Source of the DNA: Nanobdellota archaeon
GTDB taxonomy: Archaea; Nanobdellota; Nanobdellia; SCGC-AAA011-G17; GW2011-AR17
DNA: 32,788 nt
Reading direction: 5' to 3'
Assembly: GCA_030018575.1 (NCBI GenBank)
Contig: JASEIA010000003.1
Span: 1-32,788, forward strand
Shown: one piece after another, positions 8,737 through 17,168 of the stretch
Position numbering within the stretch: position 1 is the stretch's first letter
How the letters are laid out: each line of letters begins with the position of its first letter
Notes under the pieces: model-generated
Seen by the model: the letters and a program-made list of their open reading frames with translations, nothing else
What the model was told of the DNA's origin: nothing
Databases searched by the model: none
Made by a program: the position numbers and the translations under genes

Positions 8737-9900
8737 TTATCTTTTTGCCTTTGCCCCTAAAACCTCTTTATAGATTTCCATTATGCGCTTTGCAATTAGG
8801 TTCCAGTCATATTGCTTTGCGCGCTTAAGGTTGTTTTTCCTCATTCCTGCCGCAAGCTTTTTGTCGTCAATAATCCGTGTTATGGCTTTTGCAAGCCCGT
8901 CAACGTCCCCGTATTTCACGAAAAGGCCGTTCTCCGGCTCTTTCATTTCATAAGGCACGCCATTGACAGGCGTCATTACAAGCGGATTGCCGGAAGCCAT
9001 AGCCTCAAACATCGTGAGAGGAAGGCCTTCCCTGTAGCTTGGCAAGCAGTATAAGTCAGCAGCCTGGTACATCTCGGCAATCTTTTTCCTGTTGCGAATC
9101 GGCTCAAGAATGTGGAAGTTTTTGTCATTGCCTGCAATTTCCTTTAGGGGCTGGAGCATTCCCTCGTCAGGGCCCACAAAGACAAAATGAATATCCTTTC
9201 TTGTTTTCAGTATTTCTTTTTCAGCCAATGCAAGCTTGTCAACCCCTTTTGTGGGGTTCAGCCTTCCGAAAAACAATGCAATCTTTGCCTTTGGAGGAAT
9301 GTCGTGTTCCTTCCTGAAATTATTTTTCTTAATTTTTTTGAAAAATATCTCATTCATCCCGTTGGGTATAACCCTTATCTTTTCTTTTTTTCCGCCGCGC
9401 TTCTGAATTTCATTTATCTCCCATGGCGTGATTGCAATTATCCTGTCTGTCCACTTGAACATCCACGGCAGGAATGTGCGGTATACAATCCATACAGCCA
9501 CTTTTCCGCCAAAAGAGCGGTAGCCTGAAGTCCAGCAGCAGTGGGTTGTGTGAATGTGCGGCACTTTTTTAATCCTTGATGCAATTGCAGAGAACAGGAC
9601 ATACGAATGCCCTGAAACATGGGAATGGATTATGTCAAAATTTCCTTTCAAGAGCTTTGGCAGGACAGAAGGCCAGAATGTCGCGAAGTTTGCAATCGTG
9701 AACCAGTTTTTGCAGCGGTGCACCTTGACGCCGTCAATAACCTCCTCTTTCTTTTCAATTGTGCCATACTTGTCGCTGTCTGAGCAGAAAACATGCGCGT
9801 CATGCCCTTCCTTAACATACCGCATTGCCAACTCATGTACCACCTGCCCCGGGCCGTCTATGACAGGAAGGTAGTATGCCTGCGTGAAAGCTATCTTCAT
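8737..9900 (-). CDS. Glycosyltransferase family 4
   Basis: VIPNG, FFGRLNPTKG and PSYREGLPLTMFEAMASG motifs. Confidence 0.93.
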   Translation of the reverse strand: MKIAFTQAYYLPVIDGPGQVVHELAMRYVKEGHDAHVFCSDSDKYGTIEKKEEVIDGVKVHRCKNWFTIANFATFWPSVLPKLLKGNFDIIHSHVSGHSYVLFSAIASRIKKVPHIHTTHCCWTSGYRSFGGKVAVWIVYRTFLPWMFKWTDRIIAITPWEINEIQKRGGKKEKIRVIPNGMNEIFFKKIKKNNFRKEHDIPPKAKIALFFGRLNPTKGVDKLALAEKEILKTRKDIHFVFVGPDEGMLQPLKEIAGNDKNFHILEPIRNRKKIAEMYQAADLYCLPSYREGLPLTMFEAMASGNPLVMTPVNGVPYEMKEPENGLFVKYGDVDGLAKAITRIIDDKKLAAGMRKNNLKRAKQYDWNLIAKRIMEIYKEVLGAKAKR

Positions 9901-9963
9901 ATATTGTATTACGCAAGAAAGGGTTTTTAATGGTTATGAAAAGAAACTGACTTTCTTTGTCTT

Positions 9964-10161
9964 TTACCATCCAACATGTCCTTCGCCATTATCATATTCT
10001 TTACGAAGTCGTTCTGTTTCTTCTTCTAGCCTTTCTTCATAAATGCTATATCTTCGCCCTGGTAATAAACCGCTCAGTGGTCCTATACCATACTCTTCTT
10101 TAAGCCGTTCTTCAAGCTCATTTAGTCTTTCCTTATATTCTCTTTCTGAACGCTCATTCAT
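9964..10161 (-). CDS. Small Glu/Arg-rich hypothetical protein
   Basis: GGAGG RBS; TTTATAAA upstream at ~10219-10212; internal repeat ERL.E..ERL.KEY. Confidence 0.6.
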   Translation of the reverse strand: MNERSEREYKERLNELEERLKEEYGIGPLSGLLPGRRYSIYEERLEEETERLRKEYDNGEGHVGW

Positions 10162-10288
10162 TCTTTCCTCCTACTAGTATTTCTTGCCTCGATAAGTGTA
10201 ATTTCATAGCTATTTATAAAGATTTGCTTTATTATAACAGAATGAGAACAAATCAAGAATTAAATGGGCCATAATAAATCAAAAAGGG

Positions 10289-11059
10289 TTATTCTCTCTT
10301 AATTATGTACCATAAATAAGCTAAAAATAATACTCCTGCAAGAGCCAAAGAAAGGAACAGCGCAGGCAGTGCTGAGCCAAGCGTGTAAAGAAGAACTGCA
10401 AGCGCGATTATGAATATAAAGCTGAATATGTACATTGGCCTTGAGCCTGCAAGCACTTTCATGCCGTCAAGCCCGAACATCGGGAGCATGTCGTATACAG
10501 GCATTATTGAGTTTATCAGCACAAGGTCAGCAAGCGCATCAGCATTTATTATCTTGCATGCCAAAGCAAGCAGTATGTTTGCCATCGGGCCTGCAAGCGC
10601 TATCTTTGCCTCTTCCAAATCAGTAACTTCCACCATCTTATGCCCGAATCTGTGCGTTTTCTTGATTACAAGCCCGTAAGAGCTTACTGCTGTAAAAAAT
10701 AATTTTCCGTTTGAAAAAACTGCAACAAGCAGGCACAGCACTATCCCCAGAGGGAATGACTCTATCACAATGTCTTTTCCAAAAAGCCTTATTGTCTTCG
10801 GGAAAACCTGCTTTTTCAGCCCAAATCTTTTTACGCCCCATATCCTGTATTCGCTGATGAATCCGTATTTCTTTGCAGCCAGGTCATGCGCAAAGTCATG
10901 CACAAAAACGCTTACTGCAACAAACACAAGCATCTTGAAGAAATTGACAAGCCAGTGCGCCCAGGAAAATTCAGGCGCCTTGTCATTGAATGCAAAGGCA
11001 AGCGCGAGGGTAATTATTATAACTGCAAAGTATTTGAGCTCTCGTTTTGTATATTCCAT
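10289..11059 (-). CDS. M50 (site-2 protease) family membrane protein with atypical active-site residues
   Basis: HDFAH at the HExxH position, ALAGPMAN, and DMLPMFGLDG at the NxxPxxxxDG position; adjacent to TraB; start 11059 or 11077. Confidence 0.75.
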   Translation of the reverse strand: MEYTKRELKYFAVIIITLALAFAFNDKAPEFSWAHWLVNFFKMLVFVAVSVFVHDFAHDLAAKKYGFISEYRIWGVKRFGLKKQVFPKTIRLFGKDIVIESFPLGIVLCLLVAVFSNGKLFFTAVSSYGLVIKKTHRFGHKMVEVTDLEEAKIALAGPMANILLALACKIINADALADLVLINSIMPVYDMLPMFGLDGMKVLAGSRPMYIFSFIFIIALAVLLYTLGSALPALFLSLALAGVLFLAYLWYIIKRE

Positions 11060-11073
11060 TTCACTTCTCTCTA

Positions 11074-11742
11074 TCACTTCTGCATCGCCTTCAGCAGGGC
11101 TACGATTCCTCCCTCATGCCCTGCGCCGACAACTGCGACAACAGAACCTTTATTCTGCATCAGATTATATAAATGTTTTGCCATAATAGCATTTCTCTCC
11201 TGAATCAGGGCTTTATATACAGAAGGGTATCTTTTCTTCACCATTCCTATAATGCTCTCAATAAATCTCTGGTCAGGCACTTTTGAAAGGTCAAACGCCA
11301 TCCTCTTTTTCTTTGAAAAGAATCCTGAAAATATATCCCCTATAAACCTGAGCTTTTCCCTCCATGTAATCTGCCTGAACAGGCTTTTGATTGTTTCGCT
11401 GATATGCCTGTCAATCAATGCAACCTCCGCCTTTATCTCAGCGGCTGCTTTCACAGCTGTCTTCATCTCATCGCCAGGCGAAGTGCCTACCATCTTTCCC
11501 AGCTTTTTCTCAGCCCAAGCGGCAATCAGGTTGAAGAAAAAGCCCCTTATGCCCGCAGAGGCAATGTCTTTCAGTGACATCCTCCTTTTTTTCTTGTGCA
11601 TCAGGCCAAAGAGCCTGTCAGCGTCAAGCTCCAGTGCGACAACATCCGGCTTTTGGAGCATTATGACATTTCCGACTTCCCTTATGCTTTGTATTGCAAT
11701 GTGGGAAGTGCCTATTATTGTGAGATTTTTGTAAGCAATCAT
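11074..11742 (-). CDS. TraB/PrgY family protein
   Basis: IIGTSH, VALELD, PGDEM, ERN and VVGAGH motifs; start moved to ATG 11742. Confidence 0.88.
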   Translation of the reverse strand: MIAYKNLTIIGTSHIAIQSIREVGNVIMLQKPDVVALELDADRLFGLMHKKKRRMSLKDIASAGIRGFFFNLIAAWAEKKLGKMVGTSPGDEMKTAVKAAAEIKAEVALIDRHISETIKSLFRQITWREKLRFIGDIFSGFFSKKKRMAFDLSKVPDQRFIESIIGMVKKRYPSVYKALIQERNAIMAKHLYNLMQNKGSVVAVVGAGHEGGIVALLKAMQK

Positions 11743-11839
11743 AAGGATAAATTGCCTGCAGCAGTATAAAAGCATTCCGCCTGCAGAATATTTCACGCCA
11801 TTTACCACAAGCTAACAGCCGCCTGTCAAATGCTGCCAG

Positions 11840-13510
11840 CTAATTCAGGCTTCTTTCCCTCATTGTCTGCGCAAGAATGGCCGCAATGGCAAACAAGCCT
11901 ATCAACCCGAACAGGAAATAAAGGTGGTTTATTCCTGCAAGAGTCGACTCAAACAGGATAAGCCCTTTTAATATGCCTTCCATCAAAACAAACGGATTGT
12001 ACTCAACTATGATTCTCAGGAATCCCGACAGTGTTTCAAGAGGCATTATGGCGTTTGAGAATACCAGCGTGATTATTGCAATTGACACAGAGGCAACAGT
12101 AGCTGTCTCGCCTGTATTGAATATGTTGCCTATGAACATGCCTATAAAGATGAATAAGGTTGCAAACACAAGCAAGAAGGCGGTTGCAAGCAGGTAGGTT
12201 GTAAGCGCTATTCCTTTGACAAATATGCTTGTTACCCCCATGATAAGCGCTGTCTGCACGAATATTATGCTGATATATGTAAGGTAATGCGCAAGCAGGA
12301 ATGTCATTGTCCCTGTTGGCGTTATGAAGTTCCTCAGCGACGCTGACGATTCTTTTTCCCTTATAACCCCTGTTGCGCTTATGAGCAGGCTTACAAGCAT
12401 TATAAGCAGGATAAGCAGCGAAGGCAGTATATATAGGAAGTAATTCTTTGTTTTTGTAAGCGGCTGCACGCTTATCTTCAGCGGGCTTACGATTGCCTCG
12501 ACATTTGTTATTTTCACACCCTCAATGCTTGATTTTATATTGCCAAACCTGTTGTTTGTGTCCTTGATTATTGATGTGTCTGCATTAACCTTATTCTTTG
12601 CTTCCTGCGCGCTTGTCTGCGCTTCTCCTGCTTTTGTCCTTGCTGTCTCAAGCTTGGATTTCAGCGAATTGTAACTTGAAACCAGGTCATTTATGTGGCT
12701 TGTAAGCGTTGAAAACACGCTTGAGCTCAGGTTAAGGTCGTTTCTTATGCTCTCAATTTCTGTAGTGGATGCGCTTGTGTCAAGGCTGCCTGCATCAAAA
12801 TCAATTGAAGCTATCTTGTCCACTGATTCAGAAAGCTTTGTTGCTTCCTCTGCATTGTTTGTTGTAAGCCTTAATGAAGCGCTTTTTCCAGCTTCTGTTT
12901 CCTTATTTATATTGTCAAGAGCGCCAAGAATTTGGCTTACCGCGCCTGCGCTAAGCTCACTGGACTGCATTGCAACCTTTGCGCTGAGCTTTTCGCTTAT
13001 TGTGTTTGCAATATTAACCCTTGATTCGTCAATGTAAAGCGTGATTAGGTTCCTTGCGCTGTTGTCCATTGCCATGTCTTTTGGAAACACAATGCAGACA
13101 GGATACCTTGACAGCCTTACAAGGTTCATGCATTCTTCTTCGCTCCGGGTTTTTGTTATGCCATACTCGCTGCTGCTCAGGTTTAAGATTAGCATATCTG
13201 CAAGAGGGGAATAACTTTCCGAGAATGCGGCAATATTTACCCCGTAAAGCGTTGAAGTGTTGAATCCTATGCTTACAAGCGTCATTATAAGCAAAGGGCC
13301 AAGCAGGAAGATAAGGGCTGATATCCTTGAGCGGATAATAAGCTTGTAATTCTTGATTATGATGCGGAGCAGCTTTATGAAAAAGAACCCCTTGCCCCTT
13401 TTTTGCACTTCATCCATTATGCCTGAATAATCCCTTTTGGCAGCCAGCCTTTTTGCGTCAAACATGGAGCGCACGTTGTCTGTTTCCGGTTTTTTTGCAA
13501 TCATTGCCAT
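11840..13510 (-). CDS. ABC-2 type exporter permease with a long extracellular helical or coiled-coil insert
   Basis: One N-terminal TM, a ~270 aa Ser/Thr/Asn-rich loop, IREKE motif and five C-terminal TMs; coupled to the ABC ATPase. Confidence 0.85.
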   Translation of the reverse strand: MAMIAKKPETDNVRSMFDAKRLAAKRDYSGIMDEVQKRGKGFFFIKLLRIIIKNYKLIIRSRISALIFLLGPLLIMTLVSIGFNTSTLYGVNIAAFSESYSPLADMLILNLSSSEYGITKTRSEEECMNLVRLSRYPVCIVFPKDMAMDNSARNLITLYIDESRVNIANTISEKLSAKVAMQSSELSAGAVSQILGALDNINKETEAGKSASLRLTTNNAEEATKLSESVDKIASIDFDAGSLDTSASTTEIESIRNDLNLSSSVFSTLTSHINDLVSSYNSLKSKLETARTKAGEAQTSAQEAKNKVNADTSIIKDTNNRFGNIKSSIEGVKITNVEAIVSPLKISVQPLTKTKNYFLYILPSLLILLIMLVSLLISATGVIREKESSASLRNFITPTGTMTFLLAHYLTYISIIFVQTALIMGVTSIFVKGIALTTYLLATAFLLVFATLFIFIGMFIGNIFNTGETATVASVSIAIITLVFSNAIMPLETLSGFLRIIVEYNPFVLMEGILKGLILFESTLAGINHLYFLFGLIGLFAIAAILAQTMRERSLN

Positions 13511-13511
13511 T

Positions 13512-14447
13512 TTAATGCCTCTTTGTTATGTATTCAAACACTTCTTCCATTGTGGGCTTGTGCACCTTGAGGCTTACTATCCTTTCCTTGTTGCCTTCTA
13601 TTATGCCCAGCAGGCGCTTTAGCACTTTTTCAGCCTTCGGCGTGTAAAGCACAACCTTATTTCTCTTCAGCACGATGTTGGAGATGTCCATTTTTCCCAT
13701 CTTCTTTAGTATTGAAACATAATTTCCCGGGGATGATATAAGGTGTATCTCCTCATTCTTTGAATATTTGCCTTTTAATTCATCAGGGGAGCCGCATTCT
13801 ATAATCTCGCCGTTATGGATTATCGCTATCCTGCTGCATACAACCTCAACCTCGTCAAGCATGTGGGACGCCATTATGATTGTCTTGCCCTGGTCGTTTA
13901 TTTTCTTGATTAATGCAAGCATTTCCTTTCTCAGCACGGGATCAAGGTCTTCTGTCGGCTCGTCAAGGAAAAGCACCTTTGGATTATGGATAAGGGAGCA
14001 AGCAATGTCAAGCCTCCTTATCATGCCTGTGGAAAGCTCCTTTGCAAGAAGGTTTTCCGCGTCAGTCAGGTCCATGAGGTCAAGTATTGCTGTTGTCCTT
14101 TTCCTTATGCTTTCATCCTTCATCCCGTAAAGCCTGCCGAAATATGCAAGATTTTCCTTTGCTGTCAGCAGCGGATAAACAGATATCGACTGTGTCGCGA
14201 AGCCTATGTTCTCGTGAAGCCTTGTTTTGCTGAACTTAAGCTGCTTTCCGTCAAAGAAAACCTTGCCGCTTGACTGCTTCCAGTATCCAATCAGAATGTT
14301 CATCAGCGTTGTCTTGCCTGAGCCGCTCAGCCCTATTATGCCGAAGTAGCTTCCTTTCGGAATGTTCAGGCTAATGTTGTTAAGAACTTTTTTCTTGCCA
14401 AAAGACTTGCTCAGGCTTTCAGTCTTGAATATCGCCTCTTCTTCCAT
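13512..14447 (-). CDS. ABC transporter ATP-binding protein (DrrA/CcmA-like)
   Basis: GLSGSGKT, signature LSTGM, FLDEPT, switch SH. Confidence 0.95.
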   Translation of the reverse strand: MEEEAIFKTESLSKSFGKKKVLNNISLNIPKGSYFGIIGLSGSGKTTLMNILIGYWKQSSGKVFFDGKQLKFSKTRLHENIGFATQSISVYPLLTAKENLAYFGRLYGMKDESIRKRTTAILDLMDLTDAENLLAKELSTGMIRRLDIACSLIHNPKVLFLDEPTEDLDPVLRKEMLALIKKINDQGKTIIMASHMLDEVEVVCSRIAIIHNGEIIECGSPDELKGKYSKNEEIHLISSPGNYVSILKKMGKMDISNIVLKRNKVVLYTPKAEKVLKRLLGIIEGNKERIVSLKVHKPTMEEVFEYITKRH

Positions 14448-14476
14448 TTATAAGATTAGTGTTATATAGGATTAAT

Positions 14477-14526
14477 AAAGCTTTCCGAACGAAGTGAGGG
14501 AAGTTTCGAACAAAGTGAGAAAGCTT
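14477..14526. repeat. Family B hairpin repeat, two tandem units, abutting a minus-strand TATA box
   Basis: AAAGCTTTCC GAACGAAGTGA GGGAAGTTTC GAACAAAGTGA GAAAGCTT. Confidence 0.8.
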
Positions 14527-14536
14527 GTTGTTTAGC

Positions 14537-15592
14537 TCAGGCAACGGGCGCGCCGGACAGGAATCCGGTTTTGAGGAGATAAATCATTACTGCAAGAAAT
14601 ACAGCATAAAGCACGATAAGCGCCATTCCCTCAAACATCCTTACAAACCATCCTGTCCTTATGAAAGCAAGCAGCAGCAATGTGAATAATATCATTGCAG
14701 GAATATAATACCCAATCGTAAGCAGGCTTAGAGTGATGGGACTAATTAGGCTGCTTATTCCTATAACCAGAAGCGTGTCAGCTATGTTGCTGCCTATTAT
14801 TGTGCCCATTATCATGTTGCCCATTCTTTTTCTTGCGGCTGATATGCAGACAACCGTCTCGGGAAGAGATGTTCCCAGCCCAATAACCAAAAGCCCCACT
14901 ACGGTATCAGGAATTCCAATGCCCCATGCAATGTTTTCAAGCGCGGGTATGAGATATTTTGCAGAAAAAAACAAGGCTGCTGCGCTCAATATGATTATTA
15001 GGGCTTGCCTTGCAATAAACCCGGCATTTATATCCTGGTTTTTTGCTCCTGCATTATTTGAAAAATCTTTTTTAAGCATGCTAATTCCGTAAAAAAGCCC
15101 CCCGCGCCCCGTGTTTGCAAAAAATCTTCTTAACCCTCCCTTTAATATGTCTGTCTCAAAAAGCCAGATAAGGTAAATCATAAACAGCAAAAGAAGGGCA
15201 ATGCCCTCTATTCTTCCTATGCTCCTGTCAAATGCAAACGCGGCAAATATCAGCGAAACAACAAAAAGATATACGCCTTCCTTTGCAAATATCCTTTTCT
15301 CAATGATTATAGGGGCTATAATCGCGCTAACACCTAACACAATCCCTATTCTTGCAATATTGGCGCCAATTATAGGCCCTGTTACAAGCTGGCTGTTCTT
15401 GTAAAAAGATGCCGCTATTGAGCTTGCAAACTCCGGCAGGGAGGTGCCTACTGCAACAATAGTTACACCTATCACAAATTCTGAAACCCCAAGTGCCCTT
15501 GCAACTTTTGAGGAAGCGTTAACAAAATAATCGCTTGACTTTATGAGCACTGCAAGCGCGGCTATGGCAATGATAATATCATAAAATATCAT
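14537..15592 (-). CDS. Calcium/sodium antiporter (CaCA, YrbG-like)
   Basis: Two alpha repeats GTSLPE with IIGANI / IIGSNI; about ten TMs. Confidence 0.93.
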   Translation of the reverse strand: MIFYDIIIAIAALAVLIKSSDYFVNASSKVARALGVSEFVIGVTIVAVGTSLPEFASSIAASFYKNSQLVTGPIIGANIARIGIVLGVSAIIAPIIIEKRIFAKEGVYLFVVSLIFAAFAFDRSIGRIEGIALLLLFMIYLIWLFETDILKGGLRRFFANTGRGGLFYGISMLKKDFSNNAGAKNQDINAGFIARQALIIILSAAALFFSAKYLIPALENIAWGIGIPDTVVGLLVIGLGTSLPETVVCISAARKRMGNMIMGTIIGSNIADTLLVIGISSLISPITLSLLTIGYYIPAMILFTLLLLAFIRTGWFVRMFEGMALIVLYAVFLAVMIYLLKTGFLSGAPVA

Positions 15593-16155
15593 TCTTCCTT
15601 CCCGTCATTCTCGCTTGAAAGCTCGAAAAACTGCATTATCCTCAGCAGGAGTACAATGATGAAGGCCATGAATGCAACTGCTATTGCCGTTATGTAATCC
15701 AGAGGGATTTTCCCGTATACGATTATTGCCAGGAATATAAGTATTGTATTCACAGTCATTCCCGAGGAAAGGGCAAATGCAAATGACTTTGGCATGGCAT
15801 GGAGGAAATCAAGCAATGTAAGCGTAAACCCTTCCAATAATACCACTGAAACAAGCATTGTGTAATTATTCCACCCGAGAAGGCCCTGGTTGTGCAGATA
15901 CCTGAAAAGGTCAAAGCACGCGAATAGCATTACAACGCTGTTTCCGAAGGCAGTGTTCCAGCCAAGCTCCTCTTTCTTGTATTTCCCAAAGTAATAGGAT
16001 ATTAACAGCATTGACATTGCAACGGGAATTATTACCCAAAGCATTTCCGGGTGGATAAACACTGACTTGGCAATAAGCCATATCCTTGAAAGCGCTTCAT
16101 GGTAAAGCGCTGATGCGCTGTTTGCTGCCCCGTCTGTGATTAATGCCAAAGACAT
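15589..16155 (-). CDS. Hypothetical multi-pass membrane protein
   Basis: 188 aa with several hydrophobic segments; EELGWNTAFGNS motif; ATGA overlap with the antiporter gene. Confidence 0.8.
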   Translation of the reverse strand: MSLALITDGAANSASALYHEALSRIWLIAKSVFIHPEMLWVIIPVAMSMLLISYYFGKYKKEELGWNTAFGNSVVMLFACFDLFRYLHNQGLLGWNNYTMLVSVVLLEGFTLTLLDFLHAMPKSFAFALSSGMTVNTILIFLAIIVYGKIPLDYITAIAVAFMAFIIVLLLRIMQFFELSSENDGKEE

Positions 16156-16164
16156 AATCCTATT

Positions 16165-16180
16165 TAGGGATTAATCCCTA
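16165..16180. promoter_or_regulatory. Perfect 16-bp palindrome in a divergent promoter region; candidate operator
   Basis: TAGGGATTAATCCCTA between the TATA-like TTAAATA (minus strand) and ATG 16155. Confidence 0.5.
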
Positions 16181-16268
16181 TTTAACTTTTGCCAAAGCGG
16201 ATTTATTGATTGTTCCCTGCCCAAAAACCTAAAGATATATAAACCTAAATCTGTTTCCTTTTCCAGAT

Positions 16269-17168
16269 ATGGATATAAAAGGGTGGTATGCGAAGCACTA
16301 CAAAAAGCTTTTTGTCATTCCAATAATCATTTTAATTGCATGTTTGGGAATCATAGCTAACCATTATGCAAAAACAGGCGACTTTGTTGGCAGGGACGTA
16401 ACTCTCAAAGGCGGAGTCACTGTGACAATATCAACTGATATTCCTGTGCCTGACATGAAAGAATACCTTGCAGGCAACTTTCCCGCTTCTGATGTTGTCG
16501 TTAGAACCCTTACAGAGTTTGGGACTGATGTGCAGACAGGATTCATAATAGAAGCTTCTGACCTGGAAGAGGCAGTGCTGAAGAAAGCGGTTGAGGAAAG
16601 GATACAGAAAGAGCAAAAGGATTTTGCCCTGACAAAAGACAATTACTCTGCAGAGCAGGTTGGAAGCAGCCTTGGCGAGTCTTTCTACAAGCAGATGCTT
16701 ACTGCAATACTCTTGGCATTTGCATTCATGGCAATTGTCGTCCTTATCACGTTCCGCTCAATAGTGCCTTCATTTACAATAGTTTTTTGCGCTTTTTGCG
16801 ATATGGTATTCCCGATTGCAATGATGAATATATTGGGCATAAGGCTTTCAACAGCAGGCATTGCCGCGCTGCTCATGCTTATCGGATATTCAGTTGACAC
16901 CGATATCCTGATTACAACAAAAGCTTTGAAAAGGCAGGAAGAAGGCAATGTGATTGACAGGATGTTTGACGGCGTAAAGACAGGGCTTACAATGACATGC
17001 ACATCCCTGGTTGCAATCATCGCCGGATATTTTATTTCAAGCAGCTATGTGATAAAGGAAATATTCCTGATTTTGATATTCGGGCTTTTGTATGATATTG
17101 TTGTGACATACTTTTTGAATGCCGGGATATTAGTCTGGTGGACCAGAAGAAAGGCAGGTGAGCAATAA
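16269..17168 (+). CDS. secF: Protein translocase subunit SecF
   Basis: DVTLKGG, IGYSVDTDIL; six-TM layout; upstream of secD. Confidence 0.92.
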   Translation: MDIKGWYAKHYKKLFVIPIIILIACLGIIANHYAKTGDFVGRDVTLKGGVTVTISTDIPVPDMKEYLAGNFPASDVVVRTLTEFGTDVQTGFIIEASDLEEAVLKKAVEERIQKEQKDFALTKDNYSAEQVGSSLGESFYKQMLTAILLAFAFMAIVVLITFRSIVPSFTIVFCAFCDMVFPIAMMNILGIRLSTAGIAALLMLIGYSVDTDILITTKALKRQEEGNVIDRMFDGVKTGLTMTCTSLVAIIAGYFISSSYVIKEIFLILIFGLLYDIVVTYFLNAGILVWWTRRKAGEQ

